Below, in pieces: positions 11,401 through 23,388 of a DNA stretch of 64,000 bases (its first letter is position 1; each line of letters begins with the position of its first letter). The stretch lies in contig JAUCBJ010001168.1 of NCBI GenBank assembly GCA_032718475.1, positions 40,511 to 104,510 on the forward strand. The letters run 5' to 3'. This DNA comes from Nemertoderma westbladi. Taxonomy: Eukaryota > Animalia > Xenacoelomorpha. The notes beneath the pieces are model-generated. The model was not told where the DNA came from. It worked only from the letters and a program-made list of their open reading frames with translations, and did not search any database. The position numbers and the translations under genes are program-made.

Positions 11401-14400
11401 ATTTATTACCTAGAACAGCTAACATTTAATGTATTACCTAGAACAGCTAACATTTAATGTATTACCTAGAACAGCTAACATTTAATGTATTACCTAGACC
11501 AGCTAACATTTAATTTATTACCTAGACCAGCTAACATTTAATGTATTACCTAGAACAGCTAACATTTAATGTATTACCTAGAACAGCTAACATTTAATTT
11601 ATTACCTAGAACAGCTAACATTTAATGTAATACCTAGAACAGCTAACATTTAATGTATTACCTAGAACAGCTAACATTTAATTTATTACCTAGAACAGCT
11701 AACATTTAATGTATTACCTAGAACAGCTAACATTTAATGTATTACATAGAACAGCTAACATTTCATATATTACCTAGAACAGCTAACATTTAATGTATTA
11801 CCTAGACCAGCTAACATTTAATGTATTACCTAGAACAGCTAACATTTAATTTATTACCTAGAACAGCTAACATTTAATTTATTACCTAGAACAGCTAACA
11901 TTTAATGTATTACCTAGAACAGCTAACATTTAATGTATTACCTAGAACAGCTAACATTTAATGTATTACCTAGACCAGCTAACATTTAATTTATTACCTA
12001 GCCCAGCTAACATTTAATGTATTACCTAGAACAGCTAACATTTAATGTATTACCTAGAACAGCTAACATTTAATTTATTACCTAGAACAGCTAACATTTA
12101 ATGTATTACCTAGAACAGCTAACATTTAATGTATTACCTAGAACAGCTAACATTTAATGTATTACCTAGAACAGCTAACATTTAATGTATTACCTAGAAC
12201 AGCTAACAGTTAATGTATTACCTAGAACTGCTAACATTTAATGTATTACCTAGAACAGCTAACATTTAATTTATTACCTAGAACAGCTAACATTTCATAT
12301 ATTACCTAGAACAGCTAACATTTAATGTATTACCTAGAACAGCTAACATTTAATGTATTACCTAGAACAGCTAACATTTAATGTATTACCTAGAACTGCT
12401 AACAATTATTGTATTACCTAGAACAGCTAACATTTAATGTATTACCTAGAACAGCTAACATTTAATGAATTAAATAGAACAGCTAACATTTAATGTATTA
12501 CCTAGACCAGCTAACATTTAATGTATTACCTAGAACAGCTAACATTTAATGTATTACCTAGACCAGCTAACATTTAATGTATTACCTAGAACAGCTAACA
12601 TTTAATGTATTACCTAGACCAGCTAACATTTAATGTATTACCTAGAACAGCTAACATTTAATGTATTACCTAGAACAGCTAACATTTAATTTATTACCTA
12701 GAACAGCTAACATTTAATGTATTACCTAGAACAGCTAACATTTAATGTATTACCTAGACCAGCTAACATTTAATGTATTACCTAGAACAGCTAACATTTA
12801 ATGTATTACCTAGACCAGCTAACATTTAATGTATTACCTAGACCAGCTAACATTTAATGTATTACCTAGACCAGCTAACATTTAATGTATTACCTAGACC
12901 AGCTAACATTTAATGTATTACCTAGAACAGCTAACATTTAATGTATTACCTAGACCAGCTAACATTTAATGTATTACCTAGACCAGCTAACATTTAATGT
13001 ATTACCTAGACCAGCTAACATTTAATGTATTACCTAGAACAGCTAACATTTAATGTATTACCTAGAACAGCTAACATTTAATGTATTACCTAGACCAGCT
13101 AACATTTAATGTATTACCTAGAACAGCTAACATTTAATTTATTACCTAGAACAGCTAACATTTAATGTATTACCTAGAACAGCTAACATTTAATGTATTA
13201 CCTAGAACAGCTAACATTTAATGTATTACCTAGACCAGCTAACATTTAATGTATTACCTAGAACAGCTAACATTTAATGTATTACCTAGAACAGCTAACA
13301 TTTAATTTATTACCTAGAACAGCTAACATTTAATGTATTACCTAGAACAGCTAACATTTAATGTATTACCTAGAACAGCTAACATTTAATGTATTACCTA
13401 GAACAGCTAACATTTAATGTATTGCCTAGACCAGCTAACATTTAATGTATTACCTAGAACAGCTAACATTTAATTTATTACCTAGAACAGCTAACATTTA
13501 ATGTATTACCTAGAACAGCTAACATTTAATATATTACCTAGACCAGCTAACATTTAATGTATTACCTAGAACAGCTAACATTTAATGTATTACCTAGACC
13601 AGCTAACATTTAATGTATTACCTAGAACAGCTAACATTTAATGTATTACCTAGAACAGCTAACATTTAATTTATTACCTAGAACAGCTAACATTTAATGT
13701 ATTACCTAGAACAGCTAACATTTAATGTATTACCTAGAACAGCTAACATTTCATATATTTCCTAGAACAGCTAACATTTAATGTATTACCTAGACCAGCT
13801 AACATTTAATGTATTACCTAGAACAGCTAACATTTAATTTATTACCTAGAACAGCTAACATTTAATTTATTACCTAGAACAGCTAACATTTAATGTATTA
13901 CCTAGAACAGCTAACATTTAATGTATTACCTAGAACAGCTAACATTTAATGTATTACCTAGACCAGCTAACATTTAATTTATTACCTAGACCAGCTAACA
14001 TTTAATGTATTACCTAGAACAGCTAACATTTAATGTATTACCTAGAACAGCTAACATTTAATTTATTACCTAGAACAGCTAACATTTAATGTATTACCTA
14101 GAACAGCTAACATTTAATGTATTACCTAGAACAGCTAACATTTAATTTATTACCTAGAACAGCTAACATTTAATGTATTACCTAGAACAGCTAACATTTA
14201 ATGTATTACCTAGAACAGCTAACATTTCATATATTACCTAGAACAGCTAACATTTAATGTATTACCTAGACCAGCTAACATTTAATGTATTACCTAGAAC
14301 AGCTAACATTTAATTTATTACCTAGAACAGCTAACATTTAATGTATTACCTAGAACAGCTAACATTTAATGTATTACCTAGAACAGCTAACATTTAATGT

Positions 14401-16153
14401 ATTACCTAGAACAGCTAACATTTAATGTATTACCTAGACCAGCTAACATTTAATTTATTACCTAGCCCAGCTAACATTTAATGTATTACCTAGAACAGCT
14501 AACATTTAATGTATTACCTAGAACAGCTAACATTTAATTTATTACCTAGAACAGCTAACATTTAATGTATTACCTAGAACAGCTAACATTTAATGTATTA
14601 CCTAGAACAGCTAACATTTAATGTATTACCTAGAACAGCTAACATTTAATGTATTACCTAGAACAGCTAACAGTTAATGTATTACCTAGAACAGCTAACA
14701 TTTAATGTATTACCTAGAACAGCTAACATTTAATTTATTACCTAGAACAGCTAACATTTCATGTATTACCTAGAACAGCTAACATTTAATGTATTACCTA
14801 GACCAGCTAACATTTAATGTATTACCTAGAACAGCTAACATTTAATTTATTACCTAGAACAGCTAACATTTAATGTATTACCTAGAACAGCTAACATTTA
14901 ATGTATTACCTAGAACAGCTAACATTTAATGTATTACCTAGAACAGCTAACATTTAATGTATTACCTAGAACAGCTAACATTTAATGTATTACCTAGAAC
15001 AGCTAACATTTCTTGTATTACCTAGAACAGCTAACATTTAATGTATTACCTAGACCAGCTAACATTTAATGTATTACCTAGAACAGCTAACATTTAATTT
15101 ATTACCTAGAACAGCTAACATTTAATTTATTACCTAGAACAGCTAACATTTAATGTATTACCTAGAACAGCTAACATTTAATGTATTACCTAGAACAGCT
15201 AACATTTAATGTATTACCTAGACCAGCTAACATTTAATTTATTACCTAGACCAGCTAACATTTAATGTATTACCTAGAACAGCTAACATTTAATGTATTA
15301 CCTAGAACAGCTAACATTTAATTTATTACCTAGAACAGCTAACATTTAATGTATTACCTAGAACAGCTAACATTTAATGTATTACCTAGAACAGCTAACA
15401 TTTAATGTATTACCTAGAACAGCTAACATTTAATGTATTACCTAGAACTGCTAACAATTATTGTATTACCTAGAACAGCTAACATTTAATGTATTACCTA
15501 GAACAGCTAACATTTAATGTATTACCTAGAACAGCTAACATTTAATGTATTACCTAGAACAGCTAACATTTAATGTATTACCTAGAACAGCTAACATTTA
15601 ATGTATTACCTAGAACAGCTAACATTTAATGTATTACCTAGAACAGCTAACATTTAATGTATTACCTAGAACAGCTAACATTTAATGTATTACCAAGAAC
15701 TGCTAACATTTAATGTATTACCTAGAACAGCTAACATTTAATGTATTACCTAGAACAGCTAACATTTAACGTATTACCTAGAACAGCTAACATTTAATGT
15801 ATTACCTAGAACAGCTAACATTTAATGTATTACCTAGAACAGCTAACATTTAATGTATTACCTAGAACAGCTAACATTTAATGTATTACCTAGAACAGCT
15901 AACATTTAATGTATTACCTAGAACAGCTAACATTTAATGTATTACCTAGAACAGCTAACATTTAATGTATTACCTAGAACAGCTAACATTTAATGTATTA
16001 CCTAGAACAGCTAACATTTAATGTATTACCTAGAACAGCTAACATTTAATGTATTACCTAGAACAGCTAACATTTAATGTATTACCTAGAACAGCTAACA
16101 TTTAATGTATTACCTAGAACTGCTAACATTTAATGTATTACCTAGACCAGCTA
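8483..16153. repeat. 28-bp satellite array, left block (~270 copies)
   Basis: Unit TATTACCTAGAACAGCTAACATTTAATG with period 28 (8521, 8549, ...). Confidence 0.98.
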
Positions 16154-18467
16154 TATAATATAATGTATATTTTTCCAAAACAAGTTGGGCCGATTCAATA
16201 ACAAGTTGCACACTTATGTGGAATCGTCTCGGCCAGAATAATTACAAACTGGTAAGGCACGCAATACAAATATACAATATATAAATGATATACATAACGT
16301 AACTAATACTTAATACTATACAGTTACAATACACTTACCATGCACATAGCCCCATACAATACACACTCGATACATCCATACAATACACACTGTCCCCCCC
16401 AGAAACCCTCTGCCAATCCCGCTGCACCCCACCCACATCCCACCCTGAATGGGGAGAAACCCGACCCGCTCGCCGCATTAAGTCGCTGGTGTCACAAATG
16501 TGCTTTTAAGCCAGGTATGGCGAAAATAATAAGTTGAGTGTAATAGTCTTCACCTGGGAAAATAACCACGAATCACGATTGAGTGGTGCACAATAACATT
16601 TGTTTAATATTAATGCAATTTTTGAATAATTTTGACAAGATATGCCACACCATCACCCACTTCTTAGTAAAATACGAAAAGCAAGATAAAACATTCTGAC
16701 TGGGACAATGAAAAAAAGAAAATGAAAAAATAAGGAATATTAGTAACCCAGCGAATTAAACCTGTTTGTTGCCTCGATAAAAGTTGCGACAGCCGAAATA
16801 AGGACAAGTGCTTTAGATGCAACGATGCTGGGGGTGCCAGTAGGTCCATGTAAGATAACATGAACCGAAAAACGGAGGTCAAGTTGTAACATGGACTGAT
16901 TAAGTACCAATCGAGGGCCAGTGTACCCCGTGCATTCCATAAAATAGTGGTACACATCTTCGCAGGGATGGCCGCACCCACAAGTTCTATAACTAGTAAC
17001 CTTTGCACGAAATAAGTCGTCTTTTAAAGACGAACAGATGCATCGCATACGAGCAAGCAGGCCGTTAATTTTTGGGCTACCGAGCAAGTAGTATGATGGC
17101 ACTGCTGCGGATGGGTAAAGGTGATTACTTGCTAAATTTTTAAAACTATTAGCAGATGTTGCATTACGTATATTATCCGGTAAGTCGTTCCATATTCGTA
17201 TGGAAGATAGTAAAAATGAATTTTTAAAGTAATTATTCCGAGCAAAAGGTACCCTATAATTATCTCGATTTCTTGTACAATATGGGGAAGACTGGGCCAA
17301 GGTTTCCGGAAGTAATTCGCGCAGATGTGGGGGAGCTGAATTTTTTGTCATTTTATATAGAATAATTAATTTTTGAATTGTCCTTCTATTTTGTAGGGTC
17401 GATATTCCAGATTCAGTATATAAACTGACAGTTGAACAAGAAATGGTTAATCGACATATTATCCTAATGGCTTCCTTATTTATCAGCTCCAGTTTATACT
17501 TTAGTTCGTTAGAACAATTGTCCCACACTGGCCCTGCATACTCCAGACCAGAACGAATAAACGCCACATATATTTTGAGAAGTGCTGCCCTATCTACTTT
17601 ATATTTAACAGCGCGCAACATATTTAGTCTAAGCGAAGCTTTAGTAATAATATCTTTAATATGAGCATCCCATGTTAAATCAGACGATATTGTACACCCA
17701 AGATGTTTATGACTCTTAACTTCTTCAATTATGTCATTATTCAAATAAAGGATACCATGTTCAATATGCCTAACCTGTTTGTGGGAGACCAACATTGCCC
17801 CAGTTTTTGAAGCGTTATATGTGACTAACCATTTTTTGCCCCAATCAAAAACATTAGCCAGATCGGCATTAAGAGCCGCCGTGGCTACACTAGGTTCCCC
17901 CACAATAACGTACAGATATGTATCATCCGCAAATAACTTTACTTTAGAACTAACAATATCGACAATGTCATTAATAAAAACTAAAAATAACAATGGACCT
18001 AGCACAGAACCTTGTGGAACCCCTGCAAGCGTTAATAACCACGTGGACTGACACCCATTAATTAAGACGCACTGCATATTGTTGGATAAATAACTTTGAA
18101 ACCATTTCAACAGAGAGCCTGATATCCCCATCCGCTCTAGTTTATGTAGTAGTGCGGCATGATGAACCTTGTCAAATGCTTTACTGACATCGAGAAATAC
18201 CAATCTTACCTCTTTACCCTTGTCAACGGCACTAACCAACTCGTGGTACAATGTAAGTAATTGGTAAACACATCCGTCCCCGCGGCTGAAACCAGATTGA
18301 AATTTTGTTATATAACCCTTTATATGATTGAATACGTATTTAAATATAATGCGTTCGAAAAGTTTACCAAGGCAGCTCGTTAGGGGCACTGGCCTATAAT
18401 TAAGACATTCAAATCGTAAACCTTTTTTAAAAACCGGGGTAACGAACCTTTTTTTCCAAGATGCGGG
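16154..18467 (-). mobile_element. 5'-truncated CR1/L2-group LINE inserted in the satellite
   Basis: RT ORF plus ~580-bp 3' UTR with a terminal stem-loop. CAGCTA on both flanks (16148-16153, 18468-18473) is a possible TSD. Confidence 0.85.
16740..18389 (-). CDS. CR1-like ORF2 reverse transcriptase (partial) with C-terminal Cys/His motif
   Basis: Motifs QSGF, FLDVSKAFDKV, GVPQGSVLGPLLF, LFADD, KHLG, CGCGHPCEDVYHYFMEC. Confidence 0.9.
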   Translation of the reverse strand: MPLTSCLGKLFERIIFKYVFNHIKGYITKFQSGFSRGDGCVYQLLTLYHELVSAVDKGKEVRLVFLDVSKAFDKVHHAALLHKLERMGISGSLLKWFQSYLSNNMQCVLINGCQSTWLLTLAGVPQGSVLGPLLFLVFINDIVDIVSSKVKLFADDTYLYVIVGEPSVATAALNADLANVFDWGKKWLVTYNASKTGAMLVSHKQVRHIEHGILYLNNDIIEEVKSHKHLGCTISSDLTWDAHIKDIITKASLRLNMLRAVKYKVDRAALLKIYVAFIRSGLEYAGPVWDNCSNELKYKLELINKEAIRIICRLTISCSTVSLYTESGISTLQNRRTIQKLIILYKMTKNSAPPHLRELLPETLAQSSPYCTRNRDNYRVPFARNNYFKNSFLLSSIRIWNDLPDNIRNATSANSFKNLASNHLYPSAAVPSYYLLGSPKINGLLARMRCICSSLKDDLFRAKVTSYRTCGCGHPCEDVYHYFMECTGYTGPRLVLNQSMLQLDLRFSVHVILHGPTGTPSIVASKALVLISAVATFIEATNRFNSLGY

Positions 18468-19860
18468 CAGCTAACATTTAATGTATTACCTAGACCAGCT
18501 AACATTTAATGTATTACCTAGAACAGCTAATATTTAATTTATTACCTAGAACAGCTAACATTTAATGTATTACCTAGACCAGCTAACATTTAATGTATTA
18601 CCTAGAACAGCTAACATTTAATGTATTACCTAGAACAGCTAACAGTTAATGTATTACCTAGAACAGCTAACATTTAATGTATTACCTAGAACAGCTAACA
18701 GTTAATGTATTACCTAGACCAGCTAACATTTAATGTATTACCTAGAACAGCTAACATTTAATGTATTACCTAGAACAGCTAATATTTAATTTATTACCTA
18801 GAACAGCTAACATTTAATGTATTACCTAGACCAGCTAACATTTAATGTATTACCTAGAACAGCTAACATTTAATGTATTACCTAGAACAGCTAACAGTTA
18901 ATGTATTACCTAGAACAGCTAACATTTAATGTATTACCTAGAACAGCTAACAGTTAATGTATTACCTAGACCAGCTAACATTTAATGTATTACCTAGAAC
19001 AGCTAACATTTAATGTATTACCTAGAACAGCTAACATTTAATGTATTACCTAGAACAGCTAACATTTAATGTATTACCTAGAACAGCTAACAGTTAATTT
19101 ATTACCTAGAACAGCACACATTTAACGCATTACCTAGAACAGCTAACATTTAACGTATTACCTAGAACAGCTAACAGTTAATGTATTACCTAGACCAGCT
19201 AACATTTAATGTATTACCTAGAACAGCTAACATTTAACGTATTACCTAGAACAGCTAACAGTTAATGTATTACCTAGACCAGCTAACATTTAATGTATTA
19301 CCTAGAACAGCTAACATTTAATGTATTACCTAGAACAGCTAACATTTAATGTATTACCTAGAACAGCTAACAGTTAATGTATTACCTAGAACAGCTAACA
19401 TTTAATGTATTGCCTAGAACAGCTAACGTTTAATGTATTACCTAGAACAGCTAACATTTAATGTATTACCTAGAACAGCTAACATTTAACGTATTACCTA
19501 GAACAGCTAACATTTAATGTATTACCTAGAACAGCTAACATTTAATGTATTACCTAGAACAGCTAACATTTAATGTATTACCTAGAACAGCTAACATTTA
19601 ATGTATTACCTAGACCAGCTAACATTTAATGTATTACCTAGAACAGCTAACATGTAATGTATTACCTAGAACAGCTAACATTTAATGTATTACCTAGAAC
19701 AGCTAACATTTAATGTATTACCTAGACCAGCTAACGTTTAATGTATTACCTAGAACAGCTAACATTTAATGTATTACCTAGACCAGCTAACGTTTAATGT
19801 ATTACCTAGAACAGCTAACATTTAATGTATTACCTAGAACAGCTAACATTTAATGTATTA
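18468..19860. repeat. 28-bp satellite array, middle block (~50 copies)
   Basis: Same unit as 8483-16153. Confidence 0.97.
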
Positions 19861-21123
19861 TGTAAAAGCTTCTGTGGGATATAACTGGCCCCTTTGCTTC
19901 GCAATCCAGTTTCCCCCCAGGCGCTGGAATACTCTAAAAAGGTTCTCTAACTGTATATATATTCCCCTCGCCCTCAAGGTACCGTTACAGGTGTTTTAAC
20001 GGACATAAAAGGCATTCTGCTATCTACGTGTTTTAGCGGACATGGTAAGACAAAAAACCTGCAATGCGACAAATACCTTTCATAGCTTAGCCGTGATGAT
20101 TCATATTACGACATCTAACAGCTGGTTGCTGACATGGAAACAGCCATTGGACGCATGGTTCTTTGTTTGGCTTGAACCAATCAGAGCGATTTTTCCTGTC
20201 GACGTGTAGCTTTTCGGTCGATCATAAGGAGTGTGTTCAGTCTTACAGTTTTTACTTGATACTTTGTTGTTATTGCTGTCTAGGCCAGGAACAACGGCTC
20301 TAGAATCAATTCGTTTCATACTTTTAGAAGAAACATTAGTAGGCTTAAATTATAGAGCGTATGACTGTTATCGATTCATATCAATGCATAACAATACTTT
20401 GTTCACATCTTGTCATATCATATCTTAACTTACCGTCCTAATGCTGTTTACTGTTGTGTTTTGGTTGAATATTATTTGGAGAACATATATAAAGAACCCA
20501 AATTTCCCAATTTTCTTGATACACTACAGGTTAGAGAGACGGGTTATATATAGCGATTGCGACTTATATTATTGTGGTTTGTAGTGAATTTAATGCTATT
20601 TGATAAGCACTACATTGGTCCTTGCTGTTCTCTCTATATATGATAAAATTCATTGACGGTCGGCAAATTAGTGAGCAGTATTGTGTGTTACCGGTAGTGT
20701 GCATGATTGTGATTGATAACTAAGCATTTCCTAAAGAATGCGCCTCATACGTGAATCTTAAGCCTTACCGACTTACCGTTGTGATTAGTATAAGTCATAT
20801 CTCGGTTTACTTAGATAGAGCGCCACGTCCTAAAGGAACTGTTAATATTTCCCGAAAGTGAATAATATTAGTCAGAAATTAATTATTAACGATCAATCGA
20901 ATAATACAATACAGTAAGCTTCACTGCAATAATAATTTAAGCCCTCAGAATCCAGTCTCCCGGGATTATCCAGCGTGTGAATGGACGCGCACTAGGCTGG
21001 CTTCTGCTAATGTTGTGTTTATTGGTATTAAATATTTGTCATCTTCTAAAGTATATTTATAAACCAAAAGACATATAAATTTTGGCGGGTTAAACTGCTA
21101 AAGGTCTTCCAAAAGCGCGTACA
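19861..21123 (+). repeat. 5' LTR of element A (1263 bp)
   Basis: TGTAAAAGC...GCGCGTACA. About 5 differences from the 3' LTR by eye. Confidence 0.95.
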
Positions 21124-21134
21124 ATAACAGTCAT
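21124..21134 (+). promoter_or_regulatory. Non-tRNA primer-binding site of A (ATAACAGTCAT), complementary to LTR 20361-20371
   Basis: Abuts the LTR-terminal CA, has no TGG start, and is the exact reverse complement of ATGACTGTTAT in the LTR. Confidence 0.7.
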
Positions 21135-21189
21135 TGACTTTATTGCAGTAAGCAATAAAGTTGAAAGTACCGGTCAACCGGTAAACCGG

Positions 21190-21315
21190 AACCGGTACTT
21201 CTGTAGGTCAGTAGGCCCAACTGCCAGAACCGGTACTGCTGTAGGTCCGTAGGTCCAACTGTCAGAACCGGTACTTCTGTAGGTCTGTAGGCCCAACTGT
21301 CCTAACCGGTACTTC
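21190..21315. repeat. 38-bp tandem repeat (x3.3) in the 5' UTR of A
   Basis: AACCGGTACTTCTGTAGGTCNGTAGGCCCAACTG at 21190, 21228, 21266. Confidence 0.85.
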
Positions 21316-21487
21316 CAGTATAAGTACATTAGTATTATTTCGATTGTGATCTATAGTATATTGTAGGCTACCAGAGGAATAGGGATTGATCACCCCTCAT
21401 TCTTTTGTATAGTTTACTTATTTCTGTCAGTTTTATTTCCTAGTAAGTTAATATTGAGCTGAAGACGTGTAAGTCTGCTCAGATTGT

Positions 21488-22066
21488 TCAGATAATTGTA
21501 GGCCAGACTGTTGTCGGATTGTTGTTGAGTTTGGAGAGATTACGGCGTGTGTAGAGTTTGTCCGATAGAGTGCCAGTTAGTAAGTTGGGGCAGCCATCGC
21601 TGTAAGGTCAATCCCCTCTTAAAGAATAAGTCGTACTACCGTGTTAGAACGCATACTAACTAACAATTTTGGAATCTGCACATACTGTAGTTTATTTAGG
21701 CTTGACAGTATTCTGCCAGCGTTTTGGCTTGTGTTTGTTTGTGTGGTCTGTTCAGATACCGTAATAGTTATTACTCAGATATTTTGTAGGCTGGATTGTT
21801 GTCTAGCTATTATTAGGTCTGAAGAGATTGCTGCTTGTGTAGAGTTTGTCTGATAAAGTGCCAGTTAGTAAGTTGGGGCAGTCATAACTGTAAGGTCAAT
21901 CCCCTCTTAAAGAATAAGTCGTACTACCGTGTTAGAACGCATACTAACTAACCGTTTTGGAATCTGCACATACAGTAGTTTATTTAGGCTTGGTGGTAGT
22001 CTGCCAGCATTTGGTTTGTATTTTGTTTGAGTATTCTGTACGGGTAGCGTAATATTTATTATTCAG
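21488..22066. repeat. ~288-bp direct duplication in the 5' UTR of A (homologue at ~37820-38400 in B)
   Basis: TGCCAGTTAGTAAGTTGGGGCAG at 21571 and 21859. Confidence 0.85.
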
Positions 22067-23388
22067 AGTTTATGCGATTATTCGCAACATTCATGTCCCC
22101 AAGTTTATTCCTACAGTAATTGTGTTTGTTACACATACCGTTATAGTTAAATTAACCCCGGTACTACACGGGCTGCTTGGCGTAGGACAAGACTGGTGAC
22201 TTTGTGCTCTGGTCACTCCAGCAGATGCCGTGGTTCTTTTAACTGTTCAAGTATATTTAACTACTGATTATTTGTTGTACCAGTACTTGTACCTAATTTA
22301 GGGTTTAGTGTACAGTGCTTTCCGAAGTAATTAGTGTGTAGGCAGTATATTTGTGTTGTAAAGTGGTTAATAGGCACGCTGGATCTGGTAGTCCGCGGTA
22401 ATTAACTTCTAGGTAGGAACACTCCGTGATACATAACGTAGTACCTATAGCGATACGGTTATAGGTTGTCAGGCGGTGGTATTTTCCTATCTGGACAGTG
22501 CAATATATTTACTACTACTTATTATTTTCAAATACCGTAGTACCCTGTCCGTTGTAATAACCAGAATTCTAACCCTTTGTTAGACTGGTTTGTAGACTTC
22601 CTGTAAAATTACCCTAAAAATTCGTATGTAATATTTTGTTGTGTTTAATTAGAGATTTAATCTCACCCGTATCGTAAGTAATTTGTAGTATTAAGTAACT
22701 TAGGTAAATTAGAATTATCTGTTTTAGTGTCCCATAAATAGCACTTCACTGAGAGCGCACAGCTTCTGTGTAGTGACCCCCCAGAAATAATAACATTTAT
22801 TTCAAATATTGACAAAACCCTTTTAAACGGGTATATATATATTATAAATCAACTCAAACAATTTATAAATAGTAGGCCTGCCATACAACAACTAGGTCTC
22901 AAAATCAGTTGGACTACTGCTTAAATAACGGTAACAAAGTAAGTTAAAGTAACCAAGTAACCCTAAAATATTCAGAAATTCAATTATTCTAAAAATAATT
23001 GACATACCGGTATTTACCATAGGCTTATTATATTTATTTCTATAAATTTGAGCTGAAATCATACTGGTATTCTGTAATTAATTCTAGTTCATAATTATAC
23101 TTATATATACTATAAGTGTAAGCTGCATACCGGTATTCACGATAGGCCTATTATATATTTATATATATTTGTGCTAAAATTATATACCGGTACTCTGTGA
23201 CAAATCTAGTCTGTAATAATACTTATATATATACTATAAGCATACCGGTATTCTAATATATTATATATATATCACGCTACACTGAGTAGCAGTATCGGTA
23301 ATTAATTGTTAGGCTAACAGTGATACTGAATTACTAGACTTACTTTAACTGTATTTATAGCCGTAGGCATTCAACTGTGTAAACAAAC

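Noticed and set aside
8483-19860. 28-bp repeat as CRISPR or telomeric array
   Set aside because: Pure head-to-tail satellite with no spacers and no G-rich telomeric motif.
20101-20428. Small ORFs duplicated at 20101-20428 and 30949-31276
   Set aside because: They are duplicated only because they lie in the LTRs and are not conserved in B's LTR.
20812-20880. Hammerhead or pistol ribozyme in the conserved LTR block
   Set aside because: No CUGANGA...GAAA core on either strand and no pistol or twister consensus. Kept only as generic structure.
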